Shown here one piece after another: positions 1-9,267 of a stretch of 64,000 nucleotides of DNA. Origin of the DNA: Candidatus Saccharimonadales bacterium (GTDB taxonomy: Bacteria; Patescibacteriota; Saccharimonadia; Saccharimonadales; 2-12-FULL-41-12); the NCBI GenBank assembly GCA_041906505.1, contig JAYRJB010000007.1, positions 18,964-82,963 of the forward strand. Direction: 5' to 3'. The position numbers and the translations under genes were made by a program. The notes beneath the pieces were generated by a model. That model saw only the letters and a list, made by a program, of their open reading frames with translations, was not told the DNA's origin and made no database searches. Position 1 is the stretch's first letter. Each line of letters starts with the position of its first letter.

Positions 1-935
1 AGTTTTTTGTCGGATCGATTGAGATTTTTGGCAATCACGGCATGGGCACCGTCAAGAATGTGCTTTGTGCTCCTATAGTTTTGTTCGAGTCTAATCACCG
101 TGGAGCGAGGAAAGTCTTTTTCGAACATCAAGATGTTCTCGTAGTTTGCCCCGCGCCAAGAATAGATGCTTTGCCAATCATCACCCACAACTGCAATGTT
201 GCGGTCGGACCCAACCAGTAACTTTATTAAGCTATACTGTGCCGCGTTGGTGTCTTGATACTCGTCTACCAATATGTAATGAAACTGCTTTTGCCATTTT
301 GCTCGCACTTCTGGGTGAGCTTGCAACAATCCAACCGTTTTGGCGATGAGATCATCAAAATCTAGCGCCGAGGCATTTTTGAGCAACGCTTCATAGTGCG
401 GAAAGACCTTGCTGGCGATAGTCTGCAATGGGCCTTGTGCGCTTGCCTGGTAGTCGTGTGCCGATACGAGCTCATTCTTTGCACTACTGATTAAGCCCGA
501 GATTTGTCGGGGCAGATAGTCCTTTTCGTTAATGTGGAGTTGTTTGTAGACCTGCTTAATGGACGCCACGCGGTCGGCTTCATCAAATATCACAAAGTTT
601 GCTGGCACTCCAATGTAGGATCCGTCTTGGCGCAATATTTTTACACAAATGCTGTGAAAAGTGCCCATGAACGGTAAAAAATCTCGATTATCTGGATTTT
701 CTCTAAGCAATGCGGCCAGTCGCTGTCGCATCTCTTTGGCAGCTTTGTTAGTAAATGTGACCGCGAGAATGTTGTACGGCGAGGTTTTTTTATGCGAGAT
801 TATGTAGGCAATCCGGTGGGTAAGGGTTTTGGTTTTTCCGCTCCCGGCACCTGCTTGAATAAGCAAAGGCCCTTCAGTTGTAATAACTGCCCTCTGTTGC
901 TCGCTATTGAGGCCGTCAAGGATTGCGTCAGACAT
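1..935 (-). CDS. pcrA: UvrD/PcrA family ATP-dependent DNA helicase (5' part; runs off the window)
   Basis: Manual minus-strand translation from ATG at 935 gives MSDAILDGLNSEQQRAVITTEGPLLIQAGAGSGKTKTLTHRIAY...ILAVTFTNKAAKEMR...MGTFHS...VDEYQDTN...VVGDDWQSIY...LEQNYRST, which are the SF1 helicase motifs. Not in the ORF track because it is truncated. Confidence 0.95.
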   Translation of the reverse strand, partial: MSDAILDGLNSEQQRAVITTEGPLLIQAGAGSGKTKTLTHRIAYIISHKKTSPYNILAVTFTNKAAKEMRQRLAALLRENPDNRDFLPFMGTFHSICVKILRQDGSYIGVPANFVIFDEADRVASIKQVYKQLHINEKDYLPRQISGLISSAKNELVSAHDYQASAQGPLQTIASKVFPHYEALLKNASALDFDDLIAKTVGLLQAHPEVRAKWQKQFHYILVDEYQDTNAAQYSLIKLLVGSDRNIAVVGDDWQSIYSWRGANYENILMFEKDFPRSTVIRLEQNYRSTKHILDGAHAVIAKNLNRSDKK

Positions 936-1012
936 CTATACATTTTAGCAAGCTTCTTCGCATCTTAAGCGTTGTGCTTTAGACCAAAATTTTACTGCTA
1001 TATTTTTTCACT

Positions 1013-1657
1013 CTAGAGTATGTCGGTGAACGGTTCAAAACCCACATCAATCAATTCAGCATCAACCCCAAAATTGACTGCCAATACCACGATCACCAAA
1101 AACACTACCAGAAACATCAAGGCTCGCCGTCCAGACTTTCGGTGAGCTTCTTCCCCAATTGGTACAACATATTTTTTTGAATCAATTATCTTCTGAATTT
1201 CTTCGCGCTGTTTTTTGGCTTGGGCTTCTGCCTTTGAGGCTTCTTTTTTCGAACTTACCTCTTGGGCAAGCGCGTCAACCGCCCCCGCGTCCCCGCCGTC
1301 ATTCAGAGGTTCATCTTCGGTTTTAGTCTGATCACCGTTTTCTTCTTCGGGAACTTCTGTTGAAGTATCGTCACTTGAGGCGTTGTTCTTCATGTCATCA
1401 CTTATTGGGGCAATTACTTTTTTCTCAGTGATAACGGAGTCATTTGATTCGTCTTCTTGTAGTTTTGCGATCTCTACATCAGCATCTTTAATAACCGCAG
1501 TTTCTTTTTGTTTCACCATTGGGTCCTGGGTCATCCCTCCTGGATGCTGTGTGATAATCGGTCGCCCTGTTGCAGGCGGAGCTGCTTCGCCCGGTTTTGC
1601 AACATCAAATACTTTTGATTGGTCTGGGGATTCTTTTTTGTTGTTGGTTGTTGCCAT
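1013..1657 (-). CDS. Hypothetical acidic protein with C-terminal membrane anchor
   Basis: 214-aa ORF abutting tpiA; low-complexity acidic body and one C-terminal hydrophobic helix. Confidence 0.75.
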   Translation of the reverse strand: MATTNNKKESPDQSKVFDVAKPGEAAPPATGRPIITQHPGGMTQDPMVKQKETAVIKDADVEIAKLQEDESNDSVITEKKVIAPISDDMKNNASSDDTSTEVPEEENGDQTKTEDEPLNDGGDAGAVDALAQEVSSKKEASKAEAQAKKQREEIQKIIDSKKYVVPIGEEAHRKSGRRALMFLVVFLVIVVLAVNFGVDAELIDVGFEPFTDIL

Positions 1658-2443
1658 TTATTCTTTTCTTTCTCTATGAAGACGATAGGTCGCATCGACA
1701 ATTGCAATAAATTTTCGATAATTTAAGCTTGCGCTGCCAACTAACGCGCCGTCGCAGCCCTCAATTTCAAGATACCCGCGGACGATATGTTCATCTACGC
1801 TACCTCCGTATAAAATTCGGACACTATCGGCGGCATCAGCGCCATACAACTCCATGATCTGATGACGAATAAAATCCATGCTCTTTTTTACTTCGTAAGG
1901 TTTTGCGAGTGTACCACCAAAGTTACTAATAGCCCACACTGGCTCGTACGCAACAACTACTTCACGAACATCTTCTGACGTAAGATCGCTCAAGCCACTT
2001 ACGATTTGATCATGCAGGACTTGCTTGGTTTCTCCGTTTCGTCGCTCTTCTCCAGTTTCTCCTACACAAAGTATTGGTGTGATGCCGTTTCGCACACTTG
2101 CGGCAACCTTATCACGGATCATGTCGAGCGATTCGTTAAAATAGATCCGTCGTTCAGAATGACCAATTATTGCGTAGTGCACAAGCTCTCTTAACATCGA
2201 AAAAGATACTTCTCCAGTTAGGGCGCCTTCGTCAGCAGGATGCGCGTCTTGGGCAGCCAGCCGAAATCTTCGTCGATCGATCTGCAGACTCAGCGGCTGA
2301 ATTGCAAGCATGCTTGGGGCGACCACGACTTCAATATCACGGTGCCCAGAAATGTGTTTTTGCAACCGCGCGAGCAACACACTAGATTGCGACACATTTA
2401 GGTGCATTTTCCAGTTTCCAGCTATAAGTGTGCGTTTTATCAT
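1658..2443 (-). CDS. tpiA: Triosephosphate isomerase
   Basis: IAGNWKMH, IIGHSERR, AYEPVWAI, LYGGSV motifs. Confidence 0.97.
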   Translation of the reverse strand: MIKRTLIAGNWKMHLNVSQSSVLLARLQKHISGHRDIEVVVAPSMLAIQPLSLQIDRRRFRLAAQDAHPADEGALTGEVSFSMLRELVHYAIIGHSERRIYFNESLDMIRDKVAASVRNGITPILCVGETGEERRNGETKQVLHDQIVSGLSDLTSEDVREVVVAYEPVWAISNFGGTLAKPYEVKKSMDFIRHQIMELYGADAADSVRILYGGSVDEHIVRGYLEIEGCDGALVGSASLNYRKFIAIVDATYRLHRERKE

Positions 2444-2462
2444 GATGCTTTCGCTTATTGTA

Positions 2463-3755
2463 TCACTTCGCCTCTAGGGCCTCTACTCCCGGTAGTTTCT
2501 TGCCGCTCATGAGCTCCATGCTTGCGCCACCGCCAGTAGAAACGTGATAGAAATGATTTACCAAATTTCTTCCTTCAACGTATCCTACAGTGTCGCCACC
2601 GCCCACAACTACCCTTGGTTGGTGACCGAACTGTCCCAGCATGGCCTCCACTACCAACTCGGTGCCTTGTGAGAACGGCCCACTTGGCGTTTGTAGACCA
2701 CTCACCTCTGTCACGCCCATCGTACCGTTCCATATTACCGTATTAGAAAGTTGCATGGTGCCCGCGATAAACGCGCCCGAGAAGGGCCCAATGTCGAGAA
2801 TTTTTTCCTTTGCAGAGACTTCGCTCGCTTCTGGCTTTGGTGGCTTTGGGTAGCTTTCGATGTCTGCAATCACTTGTGTTCCCCAGTCAACAATTCTTGT
2901 TCGAACTTTGCTGTCAATCTCTTTTGCAACTACGCCGTCTTGGGGCACATAAAAAATAAAGCGTTGTTCTTTGGCTTTCTTTTTTGCTTTGGCAATAATG
3001 TCTCGAGCAAGCGAAATATCATCCATCTCAACTAGACTGTCACCAACTCCAATACCCTGCGCCAACAGAAACGTATTGCTCATTGCGCCGCCAATTGCAA
3101 CCACGTCCGCAATATCTATCAAACGATTAAGCAGTGCAATTTTGTCAGATATTTTTGCGCCGCCGACCAGCGCCATGAGTGGCCGTTCTGGATGATGCAT
3201 AACCCCATTGATAGTGGTAACCTCGGCCTCTAAAAGCAAGCCACTCACCGACAACAGATGTTTGGTGATTGCATCGGTGCTCGCATGAGCTCGATGAACA
3301 ACTCCAAAGCCATCCTGGACAAACACGTCGATATCCTGGGCTAGTTGGCGCGCAAAACCGTCATCATTTGCTTCTTCTTCTTTGTGAAATCGTAAGTTTT
3401 CTAGCAACAGTACCTTGCCGTGTTCGAGGTTTCTTATGCGCTCGCGTGAGTCATCGCCAATGCAATCCTGGCTAAAATGAACTGGCGAATCAAGGAGGCT
3501 AGCCAGTCGCTTTGCAACAGGGTGAAGCGACAATACCTTGTCCTCTGGGCCTGCGGGACGACCAAGATGGGAGCAAATCACCACTTTGCAGTTTTTTTCC
3601 ATCAGATACTTAATCGTTGGCACCGAACGTGTAATCCGGTAGTCGTCGGTAATTTTTCCGTTCTTCAAAGGCACATTGTAGTCGGCCCTCACCAGCACGA
3701 TTTTTCCTAATATATCAATGTCCCTAATAGTTTTTTTATCAAAATGACTTGTCAT
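2463..3755 (-). CDS. pgk: Phosphoglycerate kinase
   Basis: RADYNVP, SHLGRP, LLENLRF, HRAHAS, GGAKISDK, STGGGAS motifs. Confidence 0.98.
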   Translation of the reverse strand: MTSHFDKKTIRDIDILGKIVLVRADYNVPLKNGKITDDYRITRSVPTIKYLMEKNCKVVICSHLGRPAGPEDKVLSLHPVAKRLASLLDSPVHFSQDCIGDDSRERIRNLEHGKVLLLENLRFHKEEEANDDGFARQLAQDIDVFVQDGFGVVHRAHASTDAITKHLLSVSGLLLEAEVTTINGVMHHPERPLMALVGGAKISDKIALLNRLIDIADVVAIGGAMSNTFLLAQGIGVGDSLVEMDDISLARDIIAKAKKKAKEQRFIFYVPQDGVVAKEIDSKVRTRIVDWGTQVIADIESYPKPPKPEASEVSAKEKILDIGPFSGAFIAGTMQLSNTVIWNGTMGVTEVSGLQTPSGPFSQGTELVVEAMLGQFGHQPRVVVGGGDTVGYVEGRNLVNHFYHVSTGGGASMELMSGKKLPGVEALEAK

Positions 3756-3763
3756 GATAGCGC

Positions 3764-5194
3764 CTACAGCACCCTTACCTTTATAGTGTCTGTTGTGCCC
3801 ATCACGCCGGGATATTTCCCAGAGGCGGTCACAACCACATCACCCCTTTTTAGCACTTTACTCCGATGAAGCCAATTGGTGAGCTTGGTAGCTTGAAGTT
3901 TATTGTCGGGGCGAACATAGCTTTTTGTGCCATACACAACTGCAAGCTGCTGGGCCACCCGCGGAACAGACGTGGCCGCGATTATTGGTATATTCGGCCT
4001 TCGAGATGAAACGTGAAGTGCGGTTGCACCAGATTTGGTTTCGGCAACAATTGCAACGGCACTAACCGAACTGGCCAAGCTGATAATAGCGTTTGATATA
4101 GCTCGGGTCTTACCGGGCAGACTATCTACATCAATAAGCATTGGACTATGCAGGGCGTGACTCTGCGTGTACGTTACCACACGCTTCATTACAGCAACGG
4201 CCTCTATCGGATATTTTCCGCTCGCGGTCTCGTCGCTTAACATTACTGCGTCTGTACCAAGCAATACGGCAGTGGCAACGTCAGACACTTCGGCTCGTGT
4301 TGGCTCGGGCGACTCACTCATGCTCGCCAGCATTTGGGTTGCTACAATAGTTGGCTTGGCATACTTCATCCCCAACTCAATAATTTTCCTCTGGATAATT
4401 GGCACTTCCTCGGGCATTGTCTCGGTGGCCAAGTCGCCACGGGCCACCATAAGGCCGTCGGACTCTTGTGCAATCGACTCCAGGTGCACAACCGCAAGTC
4501 TCGTCTCTATCTTTGCGATAATTTTTGCCGACGAACCCAAGTTAACCAATAATCGACGTAGTTTTTTTATGTCTTCGGGCGTCTGCACAAAGCTGAGCGC
4601 AACATAATCTATGTCGTTCGCAGAACCATAAGCAATATCTTCTTTATCTTTTCTGGTAATAATATCTCCCAAAAAATCTGTGTCCGGTACATTGATCCCC
4701 TTGCGTTTTATCAAAATTCCACCGTTCTCGGCGCGCACAAACACCTTTCTGTCTTTTACTGCAGTTACCCTGGTTCTAATCTTGCCATCATAAAGATAGA
4801 GTCGCTCACCACGCTTTACTTTTTTACTGAGGTCATACTGGATTGGCAGCACACCAGTCCGCTCATAATCAGCTTCATAACCTAATGTGAGACTTTGCCC
4901 TGGGGCAACATTTACGATACCTTCGAAGTCCCCCAGGCGTATCTTGGGGCCTTGCAAATCTTGAATAATTGCCACCGGCTTCCCCGCCGCTTTTGAGGCT
5001 TTGCGAATCCATTCTATCTGTTGATCTCGCTCTTTATGCGTACCATGACTAAAGTTAAGACGAAGACCGTTCGCACCCGACTTTATGAGCCGCTCTATCG
5101 ACTCGTATGAATTTGTAGAAGGACCAACCGTGGCCACAATCTTGGTTCTCTTAAACGCCTTAAGAGGCACGTTTGGTATTTTATGTGTTGACAC
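3764..5194 (-). CDS. pyk: Pyruvate kinase
   Basis: TKIVATVGP, RLNFSHG, DLQGPKIR, MVARGDL, ATQMLASM, PTRAEVSDV motifs; GTG start. Confidence 0.98.
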   Translation of the reverse strand: MSTHKIPNVPLKAFKRTKIVATVGPSTNSYESIERLIKSGANGLRLNFSHGTHKERDQQIEWIRKASKAAGKPVAIIQDLQGPKIRLGDFEGIVNVAPGQSLTLGYEADYERTGVLPIQYDLSKKVKRGERLYLYDGKIRTRVTAVKDRKVFVRAENGGILIKRKGINVPDTDFLGDIITRKDKEDIAYGSANDIDYVALSFVQTPEDIKKLRRLLVNLGSSAKIIAKIETRLAVVHLESIAQESDGLMVARGDLATETMPEEVPIIQRKIIELGMKYAKPTIVATQMLASMSESPEPTRAEVSDVATAVLLGTDAVMLSDETASGKYPIEAVAVMKRVVTYTQSHALHSPMLIDVDSLPGKTRAISNAIISLASSVSAVAIVAETKSGATALHVSSRRPNIPIIAATSVPRVAQQLAVVYGTKSYVRPDNKLQATKLTNWLHRSKVLKRGDVVVTASGKYPGVMGTTDTIKVRVL

Positions 5195-5369
5195 TCGAAA
5201 TCATCCCACCAGTTGATTTTCTGATTGTATATCTGTCAATAGTGTAACCGTTTATGGCTATTTGGAGCAACTATTCTACCCCGGATGTTTTTCTTAAGCT
5301 TCGAGCTAAAAGTCCTTGGTTCCAATCGAGTTTTTGGGCAATAGGGGTTCTCCCACGAACTATCAATGC

Positions 5370-5396
5370 AAAAACCCCTCAAAACGAGGGGCTCTT
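5370..5396 (-). terminator. Intrinsic terminator after tRNA-Glu
   Basis: CCCCTC-aaaac-GAGGGG stem followed by a T-run on the minus strand, just 3' of the tRNA CCA. Confidence 0.7.
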
Positions 5397-5400
5397 GCAC

Positions 5401-5475
5401 TGGTGACCTCAAGGGGAATCGAACCCCTATTGCCGGGATGAAAACCCGGTGTCCTAACCGTTAGACGATGAGGCC
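5401..5475 (-). tRNA. tRNA-Glu(TTC)
   Basis: Reverse complement GGCCTCATCGTCTAACGGTTAGGACACCGGGTTTTCATCCCGGCAATAGGGGTTCGATTCCCCTTGAGGTCACCA folds as a cloverleaf with TTC anticodon and encoded CCA. Confidence 0.96.
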
Positions 5476-5656
5476 ATATGCTGTGACATGTTTGAGTTGT
5501 TAAGTTTGCTGATTCGTTCTAGTGCTCTCTCGAACGGTTAAGATGTCCTGGTCACGTCCCGCGACGCCGAAACTTCGCGATTGGCAAACCAGTTGCCATC
5601 GGAAGGTTTCCTTGCAAACTGCCACTGGCAGTTCTCACGTTAGACGATGAGGCCAT
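5459..5656 (-). repeat. tRNA-Glu 5'-end direct repeat (19 nt, 5459-5477 and 5638-5656) enclosing a multi-hairpin element
   Basis: Exact repeat CGTTAGACGATGAGGCCAT; hairpins between the copies include TGGCAA-accag-TTGCCA and AACTGCC-act-GGCAGTT. Confidence 0.85.
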
Positions 5657-5689
5657 TATCTCTTCTTTAGCTGGGTTATTTTAGCAAAT

Positions 5690-5721
5690 AAACCCCAGAA
5701 GCTCCACCCTTCTGAGGTTTA
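5690..5721 (-). terminator. Probable terminator hairpin downstream of the LPXTG surface-protein gene
   Basis: AAACCCCAGAAG-ctccacc-CTTCTGAGGTTT imperfect inverted repeat. Confidence 0.5.
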
Positions 5722-5840
5722 TCGTTTTTGCTAAATTGTAGTGTTAGTTTTTTGAGCGGTCAGTCGTTGCTCTCGTAACTAATGAAACATTAGCACATTT
5801 TGTGGTTCTTGACTAGACCACTTATCCACAGAATGCGGGT

Positions 5841-7466
5841 TTAGACGCGGTAGTACTTGCGAGAGAAGACGTAGTAGCCAACACCGCTCGCAAGACTGAC
5901 TGCAACAAAGATTGCGGCGACATCACCAGGACCTGTGTCCGGCAACGAGGTTGTAGTCGTGCCGGGAGGCGTAACGGGGGGAGTTGGAGGGGTTGGTGGC
6001 GTTGTAAAGTTGAGCGCCGCTGCACACTTATCGCTCTCAGCAATCTTTAGCTCACCGTTCACCAAAACCTCAACCTTTACCCGAGCAACATACTGTCCAT
6101 CTTTTGCATAGGTGTGCTCGACCATATTTTGGTCGGTCTTGAATTCTTCTGTGCCATCACCAAAGGTGTAGAAATATCGCTTGATGGTTGCACCATTGGT
6201 TGCCGTAGCGTTTGTAGTGAACTTAACTGTTCTACCTTGCAAAACTTGAGCTTGCAACAGATCACAACTATACGTTGGGTTTACTGGAGGATTACAGTTC
6301 TCTTTAGTAATAACTACGTCGGAGCTATCTTTTACTTCGTTCGGTGTTTGAGTCGATTTTGCATAAGCTACGTTTCTAACCCTTACCTCGCACCCTTCGA
6401 AGTCACCTTTTGTCACAGTATTAAAGATTATGTAACGTATTCCACCCGACGGATAGGTGCCGAGTCCTAGACCGCCCCCAAACAACGGAGCATCATTCTG
6501 GACTTTATCTTGATTTGCATCAATCATTCGAACACTACCAGGCACCAACTTTACGTGAGGAGGTAGTACATCACGAACATTTACTTGAGTCAGTGTTGAA
6601 TTGCTTATGTTCTTGGTGCCAAGGCGCCATTGAACCTCTGTTTCTGGTTTGGTCGATACTTCTTTCTTCCAGCCCTGGTCGCCCTTTACTTTAACTTCTT
6701 TAACAAGTTGTAGGTTAGGAGATTCTTGTGGAATTACCCTAACTTTTATCTGGACAACCGCTTCATACTGGAAACAGCCGGGTAGCTCACCGTTTAGAGC
6801 GTTAAACCCTATTGGTGCTCCTGTTGTTACTACTGAGTCGCTTAGCTTTGCGCCATTAATTGGACCATTGTTATAGATGATCGCAGAACCAGGCACATAT
6901 TCGACTCTAAACTTCTTGTTAGCAGTAAAGTCGACAGTGTCTTCTACCATACTCGCATTGCTTGCGCTTATGTAGCTTCGTGCGCGGAGCACTTGTTCAG
7001 TTGCGGTCGGAAGCGCGATACGCACTTTTGTGTTGTGAGCAATACCCTTGCCGCTCGCATTTGTATTTTGGTTGGCATTGTTATGCACATAGGTTCTAAG
7101 AACGATTTCCTTTGAACCTTCAGTGACCTCTGGTAGCACATTCTTGTAACTCCCCGCAGCGGTTTGGTCGCTTCGTCGAGCATCAAGGAAAGCTCGCTCG
7201 TCCCCGTAGCTTGGTGTATTAACGAAAGAGTTGAATACAGGGCCGTTTAATGAACCACAGCGTCCATTTTGGGTAGCTGGATCATTCGGATCAGTACAAT
7301 TACTATTTGCACTTCCCTTGTTGTAGTCAAATGTTGGTCGATCGGGATAAAACTCGGCATTCACCGCAAGCGGTACTGCGACCGCAAACCCGAGACCCAA
7401 GACAGCAATTGCGAGCTTGGTTTTTCTGCCGAGGGCACTTATCTTATTAGTAAATTTCATTCTCAT
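5841..7466 (-). CDS. Secreted surface protein with DUF11-like and PKD-like domains and an LPXTG-type C-terminal sorting signal
   Basis: N-terminal signal peptide; VRDVLP/VPGS (DUF11-like); YTFGDG...HTY (PKD); Pro/Thr linker, LPDTG, TM helix and basic tail RKYYRV. Confidence 0.85.
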   Translation of the reverse strand: MRMKFTNKISALGRKTKLAIAVLGLGFAVAVPLAVNAEFYPDRPTFDYNKGSANSNCTDPNDPATQNGRCGSLNGPVFNSFVNTPSYGDERAFLDARRSDQTAAGSYKNVLPEVTEGSKEIVLRTYVHNNANQNTNASGKGIAHNTKVRIALPTATEQVLRARSYISASNASMVEDTVDFTANKKFRVEYVPGSAIIYNNGPINGAKLSDSVVTTGAPIGFNALNGELPGCFQYEAVVQIKVRVIPQESPNLQLVKEVKVKGDQGWKKEVSTKPETEVQWRLGTKNISNSTLTQVNVRDVLPPHVKLVPGSVRMIDANQDKVQNDAPLFGGGLGLGTYPSGGIRYIIFNTVTKGDFEGCEVRVRNVAYAKSTQTPNEVKDSSDVVITKENCNPPVNPTYSCDLLQAQVLQGRTVKFTTNATATNGATIKRYFYTFGDGTEEFKTDQNMVEHTYAKDGQYVARVKVEVLVNGELKIAESDKCAAALNFTTPPTPPTPPVTPPGTTTTSLPDTGPGDVAAIFVAVSLASGVGYYVFSRKYYRV

Positions 7467-7487
7467 ATTCTCCTTTACAATCTTGCT

Positions 7488-9056
7488 TTATCCTTGGGGA
7501 TTCGGGTCAGTAGTTGGTGCGGGGGTACCAGATCCGTTTGCTGGTTCAGCTGGAGCGGGTGTTGGCGTGCCTTCTTGGGCAGGACCTGTTGGGGCAGGTT
7601 GATTAGGTAGTGGTGGTGGGGTTGGTTCTTGTGCAGGTGTAGCGGGCTTTGATTCACCAGGAACATAGCCCGATTGATCGGGAGTTTGACCAGCAGGACC
7701 CTTCCCTGCCTTATCTGGAGTACCCTTGTCTTGGTCTGCAGGAACGTTCTTATTGCCAGGCAATCGTCCATCGTCTTTTTTGGGTGAAACTCTCACAACT
7801 CTTTCACCTCCAGTTTGGTTGGTGGTTGTAGTCTTGCTTGGTTTTGGCTTATTCACATTTCCGCCACCGGTTGTATTGGTAGTAGAAGTTCTTTGGCCTT
7901 GGCTCGTGCTAACAGTGGTTCCAACGAACTCACGTACACTTACGGGGTTTCCTTGAACATCATTCCAACAAGTTCCAATGGATTGATCACTTCCCCCACC
8001 AACCTTAAATAGTGCTTTCTTGCCATTTTCTAGGGTCATTTCCAAAAACAATACATTGCTAAAGTTCTGTCGAACACTAAATACGTCATGTTCGTTTCGT
8101 TGCGCCGCATTCTCGGAATTAGGAATAGACATTTTTAGAAGACGATAGTTCGTGTCTTCGTCAGCCATTTTGTTGAGTATCCAAGCACGAGCCTCGCCTA
8201 CGCTGGTTGGAAGCTCAGAAGTGAGCGGACGATCGTGAAGGTTGTTATAAGTTGTTACCACATTTCCATCGTCACTGTGTCGGCTAAGAGCTACCATCTC
8301 TATAGCGGTTTGAACTGTGATTGCTTCTTTATTGACAGCAGCGTGTGCTTGCTGATTATAAGCATGGGAAACACTTATTTCTGGTGAGTCGGCAATTTTT
8401 CTGACGTTTGCCTTCGCATCAGCAACCGAACCGCTCTTGATGAGCTTTGCAGCCTCGTTCAAGCTTGCACCTCGAAGTGCGTTATCACTTGGGAAGGCAG
8501 TTTTAGCGTGGGCGCTGGTATTGGACTTATGAGGTTTTTTGTTAACGTCCTTGAAGGATGCAAGGTCGAAACTAGCTTTGGGCGCTTTGTCATTAACGCC
8601 ATCTTTTGCCGCCACATAGATGCCGCCGCCAACAACAGCAGTAACCGCCATGGCGCCGATCGCTGCAAACTTTGCAGCTTTTCGCTTGAACCAATTCTCT
8701 TTCTTGTGTGCTGGAGAGTTATCTGCTGCACCTGTAGTGCTTACGTCAGCGTCTGCAGAGGCTTGTGCTCTCGACCCTTGAGACTGTTCGTTGTCTGCAA
8801 GACCAGCGATAACTGTCGTGTGTCCAAGCTGTTCTACGAGCGTGTCGAGCCGACTTCCCATAGCTCCCAAAGCACTTAGACGTTCTGCCATTTCAGCAAG
8901 CTCTTGCCTAACTTCATTCTGCAATTCGGCGAGTTTATCGCCTAGGGCTTGATTTTGAAGTTTTAGCTGTTCATTTTCTATGCGAAGAGCTGCAACTTGC
9001 TGCTCTGGCGCTTGCGGATTCGTATTGACTTCGTGTGACTGTGACATATATGTCAT
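7488..9056 (-). CDS. Hypothetical membrane-anchored surface protein (coiled coil, TM, unknown domain, Thr/Pro-rich tail)
   Basis: 522-aa ORF with heptad-rich N-terminus, hydrophobic helix after KRKAAK and low-complexity C-terminus; GGGGAGG upstream. Confidence 0.8.
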   Translation of the reverse strand: MTYMSQSHEVNTNPQAPEQQVAALRIENEQLKLQNQALGDKLAELQNEVRQELAEMAERLSALGAMGSRLDTLVEQLGHTTVIAGLADNEQSQGSRAQASADADVSTTGAADNSPAHKKENWFKRKAAKFAAIGAMAVTAVVGGGIYVAAKDGVNDKAPKASFDLASFKDVNKKPHKSNTSAHAKTAFPSDNALRGASLNEAAKLIKSGSVADAKANVRKIADSPEISVSHAYNQQAHAAVNKEAITVQTAIEMVALSRHSDDGNVVTTYNNLHDRPLTSELPTSVGEARAWILNKMADEDTNYRLLKMSIPNSENAAQRNEHDVFSVRQNFSNVLFLEMTLENGKKALFKVGGGSDQSIGTCWNDVQGNPVSVREFVGTTVSTSQGQRTSTTNTTGGGNVNKPKPSKTTTTNQTGGERVVRVSPKKDDGRLPGNKNVPADQDKGTPDKAGKGPAGQTPDQSGYVPGESKPATPAQEPTPPPLPNQPAPTGPAQEGTPTPAPAEPANGSGTPAPTTDPNPQG

Positions 9057-9267
9057 TCCTCCCCTAGTAACTCCACTAGGATTCTTACTTTAAGTTATTC
9101 CCCACACCTCTCGTGCTTATCGGCACAAAACGTGTTATGACATACAATATATCACAAGAATTCGTAATTGTCAATATTGTTAGATAATTATATTCATAAG
9201 CAAGTTCACCTCTGTCAAAGCAACGACTTCTAGTGCAATTGACTGGACTTTTGCTGTCAGTTACTGC

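Noticed and set aside
5476-5656. Group I intron or a second functional tRNA-Glu
   Set aside because: Too short for an intron core, and the upstream copy lacks an anticodon arm, T-arm and CCA
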